From: a bacterium
Lineage (GTDB): Bacteria; Zhuqueibacterota; Zhuqueibacteria; Residuimicrobiales; Krinioviventaceae
Length of the DNA stretch: 64,000 bases
Direction of reading: 5' to 3'
Assembly: GCA_963674595.2 (NCBI GenBank)
Contig: CAXXFV010000003.1
Span: forward strand, 160,001-224,000
Below the pieces are notes generated by a model. It made no database searches. It had not been told where the DNA came from and saw nothing but the letters and a program-made list of their open reading frames with translations. Position numbers and translations under genes: made by a program. This document shows, one piece after another, positions 62,538 through 64,000 of this stretch (position 1 is the first letter of the stretch; every line of letters starts with the position of its first letter).

Positions 62538-62602
62538 TCTAGTACACAAAAATATTCAGTACATGTAATGTGATTATTAAAAACTTGAATGTGGATACAA
62601 CT

Positions 62603-63322
62603 ATGACAAAATTATATTCGGAACTGGCACAAGTATATTACGAAATGTATCAATCTCTTTTTGATTATAAAAAAGAATTTATCTTTTATGAAAAGTATTT
62701 AAATAAATATAATTGCAAATCGGTCCTTGACCTGGGCTGCGGAAACGGAAATTTGGCACCCTATTTTCTTGCTTCAAATTACAATTATACCGGTTTGGAC
62801 CTGTATGCCGAAATGCTGGAAATTGCCCGCAAAAACAATCCCGATGCTCATTTTATCCAGGGAGACATCAGAAATTTACAATTGACTGAAAAGTTTGATG
62901 CGGTTATTATCCCCGGAAGAAGTTTTTGTTACATGACAACCAATGATGATGTCATGCAGGCACTGCAATCCATACACAATACATTAAAAAATGACGGGAT
63001 TCTGATTTTTGATAATTTCAGGGCACAAATCATTTTTGCGGCTGTTAGTAAAGAATTTGAAAATACCGTTGAATATAACAATAGAAAATATAAAAGGATA
63101 AGCATCAACTCACCCAACCTGCAAACAGGCTGGACATGGAACTGGCACGCAACCTATCATATTGAGGAAAAAGGAAAAGCGACAAAAACAATAGTCGATG
63201 AATCCATATTACGTTCTTTTACAATTGATGAATTGAAATTGTTTTGCCAATTGAATAAATTTGATATAATTGAAATCATTAAAGACAATTCCTCATTTAC
63301 CACCATTGCCCGGAAAAGTTGA
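62603..63322 (+). CDS. Class I SAM-dependent methyltransferase
   Basis: VLDLGCGNG, GLDL, QGDIR, FDAVI motifs. Confidence 0.88.
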   Translation: MTKLYSELAQVYYEMYQSLFDYKKEFIFYEKYLNKYNCKSVLDLGCGNGNLAPYFLASNYNYTGLDLYAEMLEIARKNNPDAHFIQGDIRNLQLTEKFDAVIIPGRSFCYMTTNDDVMQALQSIHNTLKNDGILIFDNFRAQIIFAAVSKEFENTVEYNNRKYKRISINSPNLQTGWTWNWHATYHIEEKGKATKTIVDESILRSFTIDELKLFCQLNKFDIIEIIKDNSSFTTIARKS

Positions 63323-63687
63323 TAATTAATTCTTTTCTTTGGAACATGATGTATGGATATTACATTGATTTTGTTATATCTATCATAAAACAATAGTTTG
63401 TTCATCTTCCCCACCCTGTTTTTCAAATACAGGAACCCGATTCCATATAAAATTGAAATTTTAAACCGAATTTTATATTAAAAGCTCGGACTAGGCTCAA
63501 TAAATACGATATTTTCCAAGTAATTTAAAAAAGTCTGGAAAAATAACATCCAACAAATACAAAATATATCCTCTGGTTTGAGTATGATCAATTTTATTTA
63601 ATAATTTTGAAAATTTTTTAAATAGAAAAAATAAATTAAAGACTATTTATACTAAAATTCTCAATTTAAAATAAAAAGGATAATATA

Positions 63688-64000
63688 ATGACGACAAGCA
63701 GAAGAGATTTCATTAAAGCTACCGGCATAACAGCTCTGGGGATTGGCAGTGGCATTTTACATGGTTGCGCTTCAAATTCAACCCCCAACGAAACAAACCT
63801 GGTACAATACATTCAGGACTATGAAAAAAAGCATGTACAGCATTTTAACATGTCGGGTTATGCGGCTCCGAAAATCAGCACTGTCCGTATTGGGGTGATC
63901 GGTCTTGGACAAAGAGGTCCGTCACATGTCAAAACCATGAAGCGTATTGATGGTGTTGAAATAAAGGCCCTGTGCGACCTCAGGCCGGAAAAAACATTGG
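63688..64000 (+). CDS. Gfo/Idh/MocA family, GH109-like (alpha-N-acetylgalactosaminidase) Tat-lipoprotein, 3' partial (absent from the ORF track)
   Basis: MTTSRRDFIK...LHGC, FNMSGYAAPKISTVRIGVIGLGQRG...ALCD; AGGA RBS. Confidence 0.8.
   Translation, partial: MTTSRRDFIKATGITALGIGSGILHGCASNSTPNETNLVQYIQDYEKKHVQHFNMSGYAAPKISTVRIGVIGLGQRGPSHVKTMKRIDGVEIKALCDLRPEKTL

Noticed and set aside
7000-63400. Classical integron cassette array suggested by the strong + strand bias
   Set aside because: No integron integrase and no recurring RYYYAAC...GTTRRRY attC hairpins seen; genes carry their own promoters and terminators
63157-63426. 89-aa minus-strand ORF
   Set aside because: It overlaps the 3' end of the methyltransferase gene and has no supporting signals
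1-64000. CRISPR array, tRNA, rRNA, reverse transcriptase/DGR
   Set aside because: No regularly spaced repeats, cloverleaf or rRNA-like sequence, and no RT ORF, recognised by eye

Overview
AT-rich bacterial chromosomal window using the standard genetic code. It is probably from an FCB-affiliated lineage such as KSB1/Calditrichota (inference from secreted proteins with YPNPFN C-terminal sorting domains, Tat-lipoprotein sulfatases, and normal Shine-Dalgarno and -35/-10 signals). It is mostly an accessory patchwork with about 45 genes, nearly all on the + strand. Core-type genes are htpG and RNase HIII. Glycan and sulfate scavenging genes include a GH92 fusion, three sulfatases, a GxGYxYP protein, a partial GH109-like gene and an SSS transporter with an FAD oxidoreductase. 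It also holds a TetR-TolC-MFP-RND-MATE efflux cluster, an ECF sigma/FecR/TonB receptor/DUF4249 signalling operon, two AraC modules that look Bacteroidota-derived, a dead IS256 that truncates an MFS gene, and an intact IS1182. Most notable: a dispersed family of 27-50 bp promoter-bearing repeats at module boundaries (six copies), a pentaheme c-type cytochrome with a C-terminal secretion/sorting domain, and a lipoprotein-like, enlarged glutamate racemase homologue next to it. No rRNA, tRNA or CRISPR array was seen.
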